A DNA stretch of 61,986 nucleotides, filler included, from Stramenopiles sp. TOSAG23-3 (Eukaryota), in assembly GCA_900128585.1 (NCBI GenBank). It is 15 parts of 15 records of this genome, joined end to end, with 100 filler letters (N's around TTAATTAATTAA, not from the genome) between each part and the next. Parts side by side here need not be neighbours in the genome. Positions count along the whole stretch, not along the records: positions 8,305 to 12,355 come from LT643973.1; positions 12,456 to 16,504 come from LT643974.1; positions 16,605 to 20,652 come from LT643975.1; positions 20,753 to 24,800 come from LT643976.1; 11 more parts are not named here. One strand, given 5' to 3'. The notes beneath the pieces are model-generated. The model was given only the letters and a program-made list of their open reading frames with translations, was not told where the DNA came from and made no database searches. Below are positions 11,093-22,645 of this stretch, piece by piece. The position numbers were made by a program, and so were the translations under genes. Every line of letters begins with the position of its first letter. The first letter of the stretch is position 1.

Positions 11093-12276
11093 TTAGACTT
11101 GGGCTTTGACGCCCTCGGACAGGCTTCGTTTTCTGGATCGTCTCCTACCCTTTTTGGCCAACTTTAGCAACTGCGCCGGATTCACGGCCATGTATTCCTT
11201 GAAACCCGCCCCCTCCGTCTCCTTCGCCCCCTTCCTCGGCTCCGCACTGGGATGCTGCTGCGGTGGGTGGCCGGTTTTCGTTAGAAACTTCGAATCGTGG
11301 TCGCAAATCGTTTTGCCGCAGTACCGGCAATGGTGCCGACGCCTTACAATTGAAAACTTGTGGAAGCATATTTCACAGTGGGAGTGCTGCGTGCTCCATT
11401 TCTCCTTTGGAACCTCCCGAAGGTCCGTGTCGGGTTTTCTCTCCCACTTGTTGAAGCAAATCACACACCCTCTCTTCTCCCCAATGTGTAAGGCGTGCTT
11501 CGCAACGTCCCCCAAATGATGCATGTCGTCAATGTGCAACGCGTGCATCGCACGGTCGCCCAAGTGCATACTTTTGATCTTGTTCGACAGCCGCCGCTTC
11601 ATCTTCGAAAACGCGTCGGTGTGGTCCGACTCCTTCTTCATTTCCACGCGAACTTCGTGAAACGCCGTCTCGACAATCGCAAGGCAGAGACTCATGACGA
11701 TGAAGGTCACGAACACCATGTACGATATCAACAGCAGGGGGCCCAGGATTCGGTTGCTGTACCACAGTTCGGCCCGCAACTCGACGTCGATGAACATGCT
11801 GGTCATGCACGTCATAAAACTGTGGCCAAAAGTTCGAAATGGTGACAGCTTGCTCCCAAAGGCGACGTGGAACGCAACGCTGTAACCGAACACCACGGCC
11901 AGAACGGTCAGTGCGCTGAAGGCCAGCGGTTCCGCCGCCCGCTTCATGGTCCGAATGATGACGGACATCTTCCTGCTCAGCTTAAGGTACTGGAACGACT
12001 TGAACACCGTGAGAAGGGCGTTGAAGGTCAGGATCCAGTCGATGAAATCGTCAGTGGTTGAGATTGCCTGCAGGGCATTCCGCTTCGCAAACGCGTCGGA
12101 GGCTTGCCGAGCGTGCTGCTCCTGGGTCGATTTTGTTATGAAGAGCACGGCGATCAGAACCAGGGTGGAAAAATTGATCGTGTCCAGCAGGCGGCGGTTT
12201 TTGAAGAACTTTCGTTTGTCTTTGGCACGGACGAAGTTGATCGTCAGCTTCGCGGAGTAGCATGCGACCAGAATGT
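11093..12276 (-). CDS. Polycystin-2/TRP-like cation channel C-terminal part with FYVE-type zinc finger (5' partial)
   Basis: S4-S6/pore segments KSFQYLKLSRKMSVIIRTMKRA, AFHVAFGSKLSPFRTFGHSFMTCM and LGPLLLISYMVFVTFIVMSLCLAIVETAF, then CEICFHKFSIVRRRHHCRYCGKTIC. The frame extends upstream of the GTG used by the ORF track (FYILVACYSAK). Confidence 0.85.
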
Positions 12277-13275
12277 AGAAAAGAAAGGGAAGGGAAGGAA
12301 AACAAAAGACAAAAGAAGAAAAGACTAGAAAGAAAGAATCATCGGCGGATTATGTNNNNNNNNNNNNNNNNNNNNNNNNNNNNNNNNNNNNNNNNNNNNT
12401 TAATTAATTAANNNNNNNNNNNNNNNNNNNNNNNNNNNNNNNNNNNNNNNNNNNNTGATTGATCATTCATTTATTAAATTAAATATAATTAATTATAATA
12501 AACTAAAATATAACAACAAAACAAAAACAACTTTTTAAAAAAATAAGGCCTTAAATATTAGTTAATACATACGAAGAGGAAGAAGAAAAATACTAAAAAA
12601 AAGAAGAAATGTATTTTAAAATACAAATTTATAAAAAAATATCCAAAAAAAAAAAATGAAGAGAATTCTTCTTCTTTTTGCTTTTTTGAGAAGAGATGAT
12701 GTGATGATATTATTATAAATGCAATAATTCCTGTTATAATCAGAGTAGTATAGTAGTTATTATACTTAATTATTATATAATAGATAGGATAAGAAGAGAT
12801 ATAATAATATGAACTTTATAACAAAAACAAGAAAAGGAAACAACAACGAAACCATTATTCCTTAAATTAAATAATAATTTGATTAGTTCAGTTCACTCAC
12901 ACCACGCGCAGCAAAAAAAGAAAAAAATGAAGAAGAAGAGGAGAGAAGAAGAAGAAGAGACGAAGAAGAAGAGAACAAAAAACAAACAAACAACAAGAAA
13001 AAAAGAAAAAGAGAACGAACAAACAAGAAAAAAAGAACTACTACAAAATCAATAAACAACAACAAAACAAATAAAATTCAAATTCAATAATATATACTAA
13101 TTGAATTATAATTATTATTTGTTGAGTTTTTTTGTGTAACAAAGACGGCCATGATATAGAATGTACATACACCACCGTGCGTGTATTAATACCCTCCGTT
13201 GTGTATACCATATACATGTATAGGTACAGTGCGTTTTCCACCTCAGCACGTCTTTGCTAAAGGGTAGCGTGCAGG

Positions 13276-15220
13276 ATGAAGCCGCGTTCCAGTAAACGGG
13301 CAAAACAAAAAGACAAGACAAAGGTGCGCAAGAATAGGCGTGGAAGGAGGCGTTGTAACTACATCTTCTGGGCAGTAAACCTGGTTAAACTTCTCATTGT
13401 CTTAGCTTTTGTAGACACCGTCGTTCATTTTATGAGTTTGGCTCTTTTTGGAACATCGCTTTCGATTGTAGAAAGCCTAGGAAGTCGAGTCGGAGACAGC
13501 CGCTTCAGCTTTAAATCATGGAGAAAGCTCAAAATGAAAAATGGAAAAATCTACTACTTTGACGACCCGGCGATTGGCGGGAGTGGCAAAACACAGTACG
13601 TAGATCCTCGCCTGAGCCACAGGCCGTTGGCCGCTTGGTCCGCGAGCGATGCCCAAGAGGCACGGAACCATTCGCTGCATCGCTGGATAAAGAAAATGAA
13701 AGCCGGGCCCAATTTTGATCAATTTCTCGACCCATTCCAGCGTGCCTTTGAAGAATGCAGGGCAATTGGCATGCGATTGCAGAAAGATCGATCCGTCCGG
13801 AACAAGGCGTTCCAGGTCTCCAAAGCGGGAAGTTTCAGCATCACTTCATGCTGCCAGGCGTGCGCGAAGTACGCTGGTTGCAAGATAAGCATATACGACC
13901 CGAAGAACAGAAATTGCGCGTTTCACGGAAGCCGAGGGTCTGGACTTAAAATCACCAGTCCACGCAAAATTAGAGGGGCAAATGGGAAAATGGAAACTTT
14001 CCACATCTACTCAATGTACAAAGACAAGACTATTGCACAGATCAACAAAGAAGTCAACACCAAGATTCAGAAGGCGGTGATTAACTTTGGTAAGCCGCAG
14101 GGTGAAGAAAAGGAAGATATTCGAGGCCACAACGACGGCCCGAAGGTGATAGACGCGTTTGCTTTCAACCACGAGCTAGATTTGCTTGAGATTCGGTTGC
14201 ACGAGCTTCACTCCGCGGTAGATGTTCATATTCTTGTAGAGAGTCACCACTCTACGTTTGGAAAAAAAAAACCTTTGCATTACGAACTGCACCGAAACGA
14301 TCCCCGGTTCAGGCCGTTTAAAGACAAGATAGTCCACATCGTGACTCGCAATAAGCACGGCAAAACGGGGTGCTCCCTTGGGTTCAACCACTTGAACGAC
14401 ATGCGAGACGCGATTGAGGAAGGGCTTCAGAAGCTGCCCTTTAAACCCCAGTATAAGGACATTGTCGTTGTCGGGGATGCGGACGAAATCGTCAGTGCTC
14501 AAGCGATAGAAGAACTTAGAAACAAATGGCCCCAAGGGGATAGAACGACGGTTCAATTTTTGATGAGGTGGAGCTTCTACGGCTTCTTCTGGCAGAATAG
14601 AAGGCATAGTCAAATCAGTCACGCGCGGCTATACGGTCACGAGATGGAGGTGCGACGGCAGCGGCGCGAGGGGCGCGCAGCGTCGAAGTCGTTCGTGTAC
14701 AATCAGCCAAATGGAGGGTGGCACTGTTCATGGTGCTTCAAGCCGTTGGAGTTCCAAACAAAGTTGGAAGATGCCGTGTGTGGGGATGGGGTAAGTTACG
14801 CTACTTCTTGCAATTTTTCGTACGACAATATTCACAACTAACACTTCTTCTTCCCTCTTGTTGCAGGTCCGGTTTGGAGATTTCCGTTGGCCAGCCACGT
14901 TGATAAAGGCCCTTCGGCTGAAAGGTATATGGTTTGGGTTGAACGAGCCCCCAACAGAGTCCAAAACACCAGCAAAGGTTCAAGGCTTGCTGGCTCCCAA
15001 ATATGCATTAAAGCATTGGATGAAATTCAAATACATGCTGGAGCCAGAAAAAGATGACACGCTGGCGAAGAAAAAGATAATCATGCCGTATTGTCAGTGC
15101 ACGGACCCCGATGGTATTGCGAGAATATTCGAAAAGTACGAAGCCCTAGACAAAGGAAAATTGACAATTTTGCAACGAAACTGGTGCCCCTCTAAGTGCA
15201 ACGATGTCAAGTGGGAGTAG
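13276..15220 (+). CDS. GT17 (MGAT3-like beta-1,4-GlcNAc transferase) with WW-like and PAN/Apple-like domains; exons 13276-14790 and 14867-15220
   Basis: Motifs IDAFAFNHELDLLEIRLHEL, VESHHSTFGKKKPL, GDADEI, WSFYGFFW and GWHCSWCF. Splicing restores DAVCGDG|VRFGDF, comparable to the MGAT3 GDFPRWGD motif. N-terminal signal-anchor present. Confidence 0.9.
14791..14866 (+). other. 76-nt spliceosomal intron (phase 0)
   Basis: Donor GTAAGT, branch-like CTAAC at 14838-14842, pyrimidine tract, acceptor TTGCAG. Removal joins two ORFs in frame. Confidence 0.92.
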
Positions 15221-15633
15221 AGTCTCGTATGGGAGTATTAAACGGACATTTAAACTGATAATTTTGTTATTCATACGTTAAAACATCAACAGCCTTCCCG
15301 CCCACATAAACGTTTAAAGCCTTGAGCCCTTGGCACCCAGTCGGTTGAGCCGCCTTGATTTTTATGATTCTCCAAGTAACTCCGATGAGATCGGCGAAGA
15401 AGTGATCTACTCACTAGAGTCTCCAAAGGTGGATGAATTTATCAGGGACTTCAACTGGGGATTGGATCGGTTTGTTGAGTTCCGATCACCTTTCACAAGA
15501 AAAGAAATATTATCACCTGGCAGTACTTCTTCTCATCGGAATAGAAATAATTTTATATATTTTTTTATTTATTAAAAAACCCTAACAGCCAATTTTCTTG
15601 TTTTTTAAAAAACACATTCGCCTTTGACTTTGC

Positions 15634-16503
15634 TCACTCCATACCAAACCCAGTCAACTCCATTTGTATCGCTTCTTTGATTCTCCGTTTCATCTCACCG
15701 TACGATTTGTACGGCGGCAATTCGATGCGGTTGAAACACGTGTGCGCTCGTGGAAAAATGCTCTCTGAAAGTTTGCAACTATCGATGGTAAAGTGTCGAA
15801 TGTCCCCGTCGCGGCCCTGCAACGCACCAAACCCTAGTGCAGGCACCCGGCAGGTCCCCGTGGAAAATTGCAGAAGCCGGGCCCGCTCTTCGTCCGAGAA
15901 CTCCTCGTCCCCCTGCACCAGTTTCCAGAACCACTTGATAATTTTATGGCTTCGACCCTTCCGTTTGTATTCCCCAGTGTAGTCCGTATTTTTCTCCCAA
16001 TCGGCTACGTCGATATTTGGCAGGCCGCACAAAACGAGTTCCAACTCCTGAAAGTCAAATATCGAGAGCAGCACGGGCGGGATCACCTCATAAAAACCCT
16101 GCAGCAGGGCAGACAGTTGCGCGTTGATACGGTCAAGCAAGTAGTACTTCACCATGCACTCGACGTACTGGTCGAAGTTCTCGTTCGTCACATCGATGTC
16201 GTTCCCCCCTTCGATCAGCTCCACTTGCTTGTTCATCCCAAATATCTTCTCGGTCACCACAAACCCTTCCCCGACCACAGAAACGTCCTCCAACTTTTTC
16301 ATCTGGTTCAAACCTTTCTTCAAGCTATCGTCTATTGCCTCCAAGTCATGCAACGTTACCGGCATCCCGAGCATGTGTTTGTACATGGGCATGATCAGGT
16401 GGATCGGAACATTCTGGTGATCGAAGAGCGCTTTCCCAAGAAACTGACCCGCCATTCTGAAGTATTGGATATGGTGCTCGTTCGCCACCCCGGAGTTGGG
16501 GTT
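15634..16503 (-). CDS. HECT E3 ubiquitin ligase, NEDD4-like C-terminus (5' partial)
   Basis: YFRMAGQFLGKAL, FDFQELELVLCG, RARLLQFSTGTCRVP, and catalytic PRAHTCFNRIELPPY. Confidence 0.95.
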   Translation of the reverse strand, partial: NPNSGVANEHHIQYFRMAGQFLGKALFDHQNVPIHLIMPMYKHMLGMPVTLHDLEAIDDSLKKGLNQMKKLEDVSVVGEGFVVTEKIFGMNKQVELIEGGNDIDVTNENFDQYVECMVKYYLLDRINAQLSALLQGFYEVIPPVLLSIFDFQELELVLCGLPNIDVADWEKNTDYTGEYKRKGRSHKIIKWFWKLVQGDEEFSDEERARLLQFSTGTCRVPALGFGALQGRDGDIRHFTIDSCKLSESIFPRAHTCFNRIELPPYKSYGEMKRRIKEAIQMELTGFGME

Positions 16504-16604
16504 GNNNNNNNNNNNNNNNNNNNNNNNNNNNNNNNNNNNNNNNNNNNNTTAATTAATTAANNNNNNNNNNNNNNNNNNNNNNNNNNNNNNNNNNNNNNNN
16601 NNNN

Positions 16605-19340
16605 AGATGCGTTTCCACGTGTCGATATGACAGAGACATTGTAAAATGCGTCGTTATCTTCGTGTGGAAACAAATAGGCTTCAATCGTGTATTGCATGCC
16701 ATCTTGGAAACTATACTGGTGTGACATTGGAGAGCGCGCAGACAATACAATTTCTTTACTAGATACTGATTGTATTTTATACTGGCCCGTTACCATTGCA
16801 CCCGAGACTCTATAGACTAGCCTTGGACTACAGGATAGCAACATGGTATGAGCAACACGGAAAGAAAATGAAATATTTTTGTTCACTTCGGAAATAGTTA
16901 CAACCCCCATATTGTCGCACAAAGCACCCGTAGCAATGTACACATTTTCGCCTACAGAGTAAGGAATACCAAGTTTTTTACGGACGTCCCTGTAAACGGT
17001 GGCCTTAATAGTTTCTCCTGCAGATGTATAATTTATTGAAACGGCACGGTCGACTAAAGGCACATAGACCTCAACAAACATATCCGTTGTAAATTCTAAG
17101 CCATCGCTTTCTGTGCTATGCACTTGGGATACAATTAAGTTACCATTTCTGTACGTACAATTCCGTGTTAGATACCCACGGCGCAAAACCCCTCCAAAAG
17201 TGGTGCCCGTTGCAAACTGCGTGTTTAGCAATGGGAACAGCCTAAGCCGTTCCCCAGATTTACTTCCAACCCGATAAACACCATTCTTCTCATGGTCGGC
17301 CATACCTTCAAGCTTTACTATATCGTCTTTCAAGATGTTCAAGTATCCAGTTACATATATTGTGATATGGGAATCTTTAGAATTTTCGTAAGTTGTGTTT
17401 TTCACATTGCTTAGCTTCGAAATGATTTGTGTAATACTGACTTTTTTGGTTTTTGTCACTTTCCCACCAAAATATGTTCCATCGGGAGCACTAGATTTCA
17501 CTATAATTTTTTTCCGGCTCAACCGAAGATGTCCTCCAGCGTAAACCCCATTCTCGACACCAGTAGATAAAAATGAACAGCAGGAATGGGCAATTAAAAT
17601 ACTGTTGCTATAGTCTGTGGCATCTTCCTCATTTTTGACTCTTCTCCCTTTCAGGTAAGCATTTGAAGTCATGTAACCCCCCTTGTAAACCCCGTCTTCC
17701 AGGGATACATTGATCAAAAAATTCTGAGGCCTTTCCAGCCCAAACCCGTAAGCACGAAATACTCCTGTAATATAGGGTGCTTCTACGGTAACTCTGTCGT
17801 TAAATTGCCATAAATTCATTTTTTGAGCCACTGTGACATTTGCTACAAAATTGTTGACGAAGATCTGCGCGATTGGTACTTTTGATAAGCCAGTGATTAC
17901 AAATAAAATTGAACTAGATTGGAGTTGGACGGAAACTCTGCTGCCAAGTTTCAGCATAGGAATATTAAAGCCCCCGTGTGCAAGCTTAAAGGCAACTTCT
18001 CTATTTTTCAGAACTTGTGCATTATGCACGTCGATACTGCAGTAGGACAACTCTTTTTTACCATTGAGTCTACTATGGCCAGTTCTGCTTAACGACGGTG
18101 CGTCTTTTCTTATTAGGACAAACTCTGTTCTATTTAGAACATCAGGTTTTGGCAGCAAAACAAACGAACCGTTTTGATACACGCGTTCTACAGAAAAGAG
18201 CACCGTTTTATTTATATTAAACCATGATTCTCCCTCGCAGATCACCCCAGAACTGTAATGATTTGATTTTTCAACGAGGGCTTGAATTCCGTCTGTGGCC
18301 TGTATATGTACAGTGGTTTGTAGATTCTCAAAAAATAAAGGTCCTTGCCCAGCTAAATCAATTACCGCACGCCCATTGTTAACGTAAATGGTTGATACAG
18401 TCTGAAAAGCGTTTTCTAAAATTTTGTAGTGCCCATCAAGATCCCTGTCTTGGGTATCCGATAAGAACACATTCATTCCTTGACCTAATGTATTAAACCC
18501 TACCCCACCTACAAACAGCCTTACCGTAGCATACCCTCCTGATACAAAAATTTCTTGTACTAACAAAGGGATTTTCGTAAAGCTGATATTCTTAAATTGC
18601 TGTAACGAAGGGCGACCGCCGCGCCAGCTGCAATCGACTACAAAACGCGTTGGGTTTGGAACATGTAGGACCTCGTGCAAAGAATTCATAAAGCCCCCCT
18701 CAGTAAGCCCCGCAATACTAATCAACGACCCGGGAAATATGTGTTGATTTGTTTCAGAAATAATAATTGACAACATGTCTGAGGAGCGATTGAAGCCCAA
18801 CACTGTATTTATGCGAGGAACCCTGAAGAGAAGCAAGGGGTACCTCGCAGGGCTCATGGTTTCGCGGCAAGCTTCAACAGGGAGGTGTGAAACTTCGATT
18901 GTATTTTTGTTCACGCTAACAACTGCTGTGCTAAACGCAAGGTTTGACGCGGTGTTGTGCAAATGAACTCGATCTGATTTGGCCAATGTGTTTGGGGAAT
19001 TAAAATCTTTTCCCAATGTTAGGAACGACCCGTTACAAAATTCCACTTGAAAATAGTTGAATTGCCATCTTTCTGGTACCTCAACTTCAGCGCACTTTTT
19101 CACCAAGACTTTTCCAGGAGTAGAATAGTTAGGGTTGGCAAGGGCGTGACTGCTTAAAATACTGGAGGACAAAAATCGTCTTTGACCCATATGACTATGG
19201 CGTCTGAGTACATCACAGTTTTCCCAGTGGAAGGAGGCCCCCAGTTTGCGACGGAAATCAGCGGGGTCAATTCCGCTGCAGCCCCTGGTTAAAAAGTGAA
19301 AACATAGCAAACTTAAGCAGCACAAAGTGAAAATGCGCAT
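16605..19340 (-). CDS. Secreted/surface beta-rich repeat protein of unknown function (3' partial)
   Basis: Signal peptide MRIFTLCCLSLLCFHFLTRGCSG and more than 900 open codons. Recurrent G/D-x-V-x-(I/L)...(N/D)G-x-Y-x-(V/I) and (D/N)G-x-Y-x-GG motifs. Confidence 0.8.
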
Positions 19341-19685
19341 GCTGGGATTTACAGACTTTTCTAAGCTATTTTCTTAAACAACATTGAACTATAGGTTTCT
19401 CCAGCAGATTCGACGGTTATCGAAGTACGCAAACAATATTTGTGCAATAGAACTTTGTATTCAGATAATTTTATAAAAAGAACGAAGGAATCCATGGTGT
19501 ATCATTATTGCCTATTATTATCCAGAGAACGTTGTCAGCAACATGGGAAATTTAATGTGCGTGCATTTTATTATTATTATTTTTTTATTTTACCCTTTTG
19601 TTGTTGGGGTCCATAAATCGTAGTAACAATTTATTTTAGTCGTCAAATTATATTGTTCTTTTCGGTGGAAAGTTTGGTTTTTGTA

Positions 19686-20648
19686 TCCCTTAACGCGGAA
19701 ACTTTTTCACGAAATTACAAATACGAATGTTTGTACTTGTAGACAGAAGGTATTACATTGATGATTAATACGCATTCAAGTACACTTGTTAATATGAGAA
19801 TAAAAATATTTCGTTTATTTATGGTATGTAATAATGTATTTATTAGAATGATTACTCGATCATTTAATGATTTTATTATTGAACTAAAACTACAGTAATA
19901 GAATCAAAAACAATTTTTATGGAATCCAAAATATTTTAGTATACATAAACACAACACACACCTATAACTTTAATTAATATCGCCTTTTGGCATGGTCAAT
20001 TTGCAAAAACTGATCAAATTTTTTTACAAATTTCATTAGATAGGATAAAATAGAGTAATTACTAGTACATTTTGTATAAACATAGTATACCAACAAGTAC
20101 ATATTTTTTCAGTTAAAATATTAGAAAGCATTATGTACGTTTTGGACAAAAAAATATTATATTTTTCAAGAGTTTCAAAGATAATGGGGACAAGCTTTAC
20201 CCAAAGTAGACTAAAACAGTCGAAGACAGCCTTTGATAGACAAAATTGAGCAAGTTGTTGTGACCGTTTTGAAACCTGTCTTCAAAATATCAACGGACCT
20301 TCGATTCAAATTTGAATGAAAAAATACATTCCACTTGGCCAATTTTACTGAACATTGGCTTGATCAAAATCTGAACGGGTAAGGCGGTCATTTGCGCTCA
20401 AAATATCGCGCATTCAAACCATCGGCTTTGTTGATAGGGCTGCTGGAATTCTGAAATACCGTAGCGGTATTTCGAAAATACCAATATAAAAAACAAATTT
20501 AGTACTTTAAGAAAATTAGACTTTCTCACAATGTTGATAGGAAATTAATAAGTGTACTTGAAGGCATATTAATCATCAAAAATACCTTCTGTCTACAAGT
20601 ACAAACGTTCGTATTTGTAATTTCGTGAAAAAGTGTCCCCGTAAGGGA
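19686..20648. mobile_element. Non-autonomous DNA transposon/MITE (963 bp) with about 105-bp imperfect TIRs and TA flanks
   Basis: Left end TA|TCCCTTAACGCGGAAACTTTTTCACGAAATTACAAATACGAATGTTTGTACTTGTAGACAGAAGGTATT matches the reverse complement of ...AATACCTTCTGTCTACAAGTACAAACGTTCGTATTTGTAATTTCGTGAAAAAGTGTCCCCGTAAGGGA|TA. No internal ORF. Confidence 0.85.
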
Positions 20649-20752
20649 TATANNNNNNNNNNNNNNNNNNNNNNNNNNNNNNNNNNNNNNNNNNNNTTAA
20701 TTAATTAANNNNNNNNNNNNNNNNNNNNNNNNNNNNNNNNNNNNNNNNNNNN

Positions 20753-22645
20753 CGAAGTAAAACTGGACAATTTAGTCCTCCGACTTTATCCCGTACATAT
20801 ATATCACAATCTTATGTACCAGCTGGCAGTAGAGAAGCCCACAAGAAAACTGTGGGAGAAGAAATAGAAGAACTAAAACATGAATATTATACAAATGATT
20901 CGAGAGACCCGAATATTCTGTTACAGATACAGGCAATTGAACGAGACCTACAAGTTCTTGATTCTACAAACCTTGCTTCAGCGGGCCAGGTAGGAAGCAA
21001 TAATAGTGTCTTAAACCGTTCAAGAAACATGAGATTGCCACAACAGCAGTTGCTTCATAAGCAACCCCAACATTCAATTGGCTACACTGACGGCAGTCAG
21101 ACTGTGATGATGATGATGATGATGCAGCAGCAACAGCAGTACCACCAACAGATACAACTGGAGACTCTGCGACGACAGTACGAAGACGAAAGGAAAAACA
21201 TGCAGTCAGAAATGGAAAATTTAAGTCGCATGAAATCAGACAAAGACGTTAAGAGGAATGAGTACCATCGGATGATGAAAAATGTGCTTCATCGGTTAGA
21301 TGAAGTCTACGTAAAAAGAGGAAACAGAGAAGGACAATCGCTTCAAAATGATCTAATGAGTCATAATATTGGTCATATAACAGAGGAGACCATGAGAGCA
21401 ATTAAAGCTTTGCCAAGAGACAGCGAGCTTCATCGCATCCAAATGAAGCACCTTGAAGAAATAACAAAAATGAGATTTAAAATGCAAGAATTAGCAGAAA
21501 AGCAGCAATTGTTTGAATTGGAAACTAAATTGAAGAGGGCCGAGGGACAGCACCGAAAAGAATTGGAGCACGATGCTTTCATGGACGAAAAACGACGGCA
21601 ATTGCGCGCTGCGCGTATACAACGCGTTTTAGCAAAAGAAATGCCCGGGGCAGCAATTGTAAATTCTTTTGGTACCGATTATAATTCTGATGAGGGTTTT
21701 TCTGTCTTTTTCGATTTTGCAAAAGGTATAGATTCTGGCCACAAATTTTTGAGGCTGGTGTACTGCTTTGCCGTGGGCCAAGAGCAAAAGACGAAAGTAA
21801 GAGCGATGCCCCCTGCTGAATGTGAAACCGAGTCTGGCTCGGCGCAACAATGCGTCATTGCCGCACATCGAGAATTAAAAAAAGTCCCTGCTATTGCTGG
21901 ATCTCGTTGTGTTATCGAAATACAAGCTATACGTGATGTCATGCCTGGCCAACCGGGCCAGCCTGGCCAGCCTGTAGGTTGGTGCGCCTTTGACCTTTTC
22001 CAAGGTGATTTAAGATTAAACACAGGTCTACACAAGATACCATTACAAATCGGCCATGTTAATTTCCATCAAATTGATAAGCAAAGTATACCACAAACAA
22101 GACATATAACACTATTCATTCGCCTCTGCACTGCAGCTGACAGCGAGTCTTTCAAGACTATGTCCCTTGACCCTAGAATCGCGAGCGAAAAATACTCATA
22201 TCCAAGCCAAATTCAGAATATACCGAAGCCTGTAAATTCTTCAACAGGCGAAAAGCGTTCGCGGAAACCGAGAAAAGCACGTACAAGGCCTCGTGCAGAG
22301 CGAGCAGCAGCAGTTAAATCGATACCAGTTGATGTTGCGCGCGAGCCATCAAAAATCGAAATGGAGAAAGTAGAACCGGAAAACAAACATGAAATCAAAC
22401 CAGTTGTAGAGTTACCTAAGACTCTAGCTCTAGAATGGGAATCGGACGGTATAGGGATAAATATTAAATCTCTGGAGGATTGTTACAGTGCGGTCGATAA
22501 AGACACTATATATATCCGGTTTTCTATTTGTGACAAAAATGGGACAGCTATAACAAGCAACCAAACCGGGAACCCATTATTATTTACTACAACGCCGAAA
22601 AAACTTATTTCACTAGAAGTAGCAACTGGTCATCTTCCTATTTAG
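20753..22645 (+). CDS. CCDC17: CCDC17-like coiled-coil and C2-type protein (5' partial; 3' end possibly frameshifted)
   Basis: GFSVFFDFAKG, VGWCAFDLFQGDLRLNTGLHKIPL and LFIRL...YSYP recall the CCDC17 conserved domain. The frame is open from the contig start. Confidence 0.7.
   Translation, partial: RSKTGQFSPPTLSRTYISQSYVPAGSREAHKKTVGEEIEELKHEYYTNDSRDPNILLQIQAIERDLQVLDSTNLASAGQVGSNNSVLNRSRNMRLPQQQLLHKQPQHSIGYTDGSQTVMMMMMMQQQQQYHQQIQLETLRRQYEDERKNMQSEMENLSRMKSDKDVKRNEYHRMMKNVLHRLDEVYVKRGNREGQSLQNDLMSHNIGHITEETMRAIKALPRDSELHRIQMKHLEEITKMRFKMQELAEKQQLFELETKLKRAEGQHRKELEHDAFMDEKRRQLRAARIQRVLAKEMPGAAIVNSFGTDYNSDEGFSVFFDFAKGIDSGHKFLRLVYCFAVGQEQKTKVRAMPPAECETESGSAQQCVIAAHRELKKVPAIAGSRCVIEIQAIRDVMPGQPGQPGQPVGWCAFDLFQGDLRLNTGLHKIPLQIGHVNFHQIDKQSIPQTRHITLFIRLCTAADSESFKTMSLDPRIASEKYSYPSQIQNIPKPVNSSTGEKRSRKPRKARTRPRAERAAAVKSIPVDVAREPSKIEMEKVEPENKHEIKPVVELPKTLALEWESDGIGINIKSLEDCYSAVDKDTIYIRFSICDKNGTAITSNQTGNPLLFTTTPKKLISLEVATGHLPI

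Noticed and set aside
15330-15575. 81-aa ORF between the GT17 and HECT genes
   Set aside because: TTG start, no recognisable motif, and it runs into AT-rich 3' flank.
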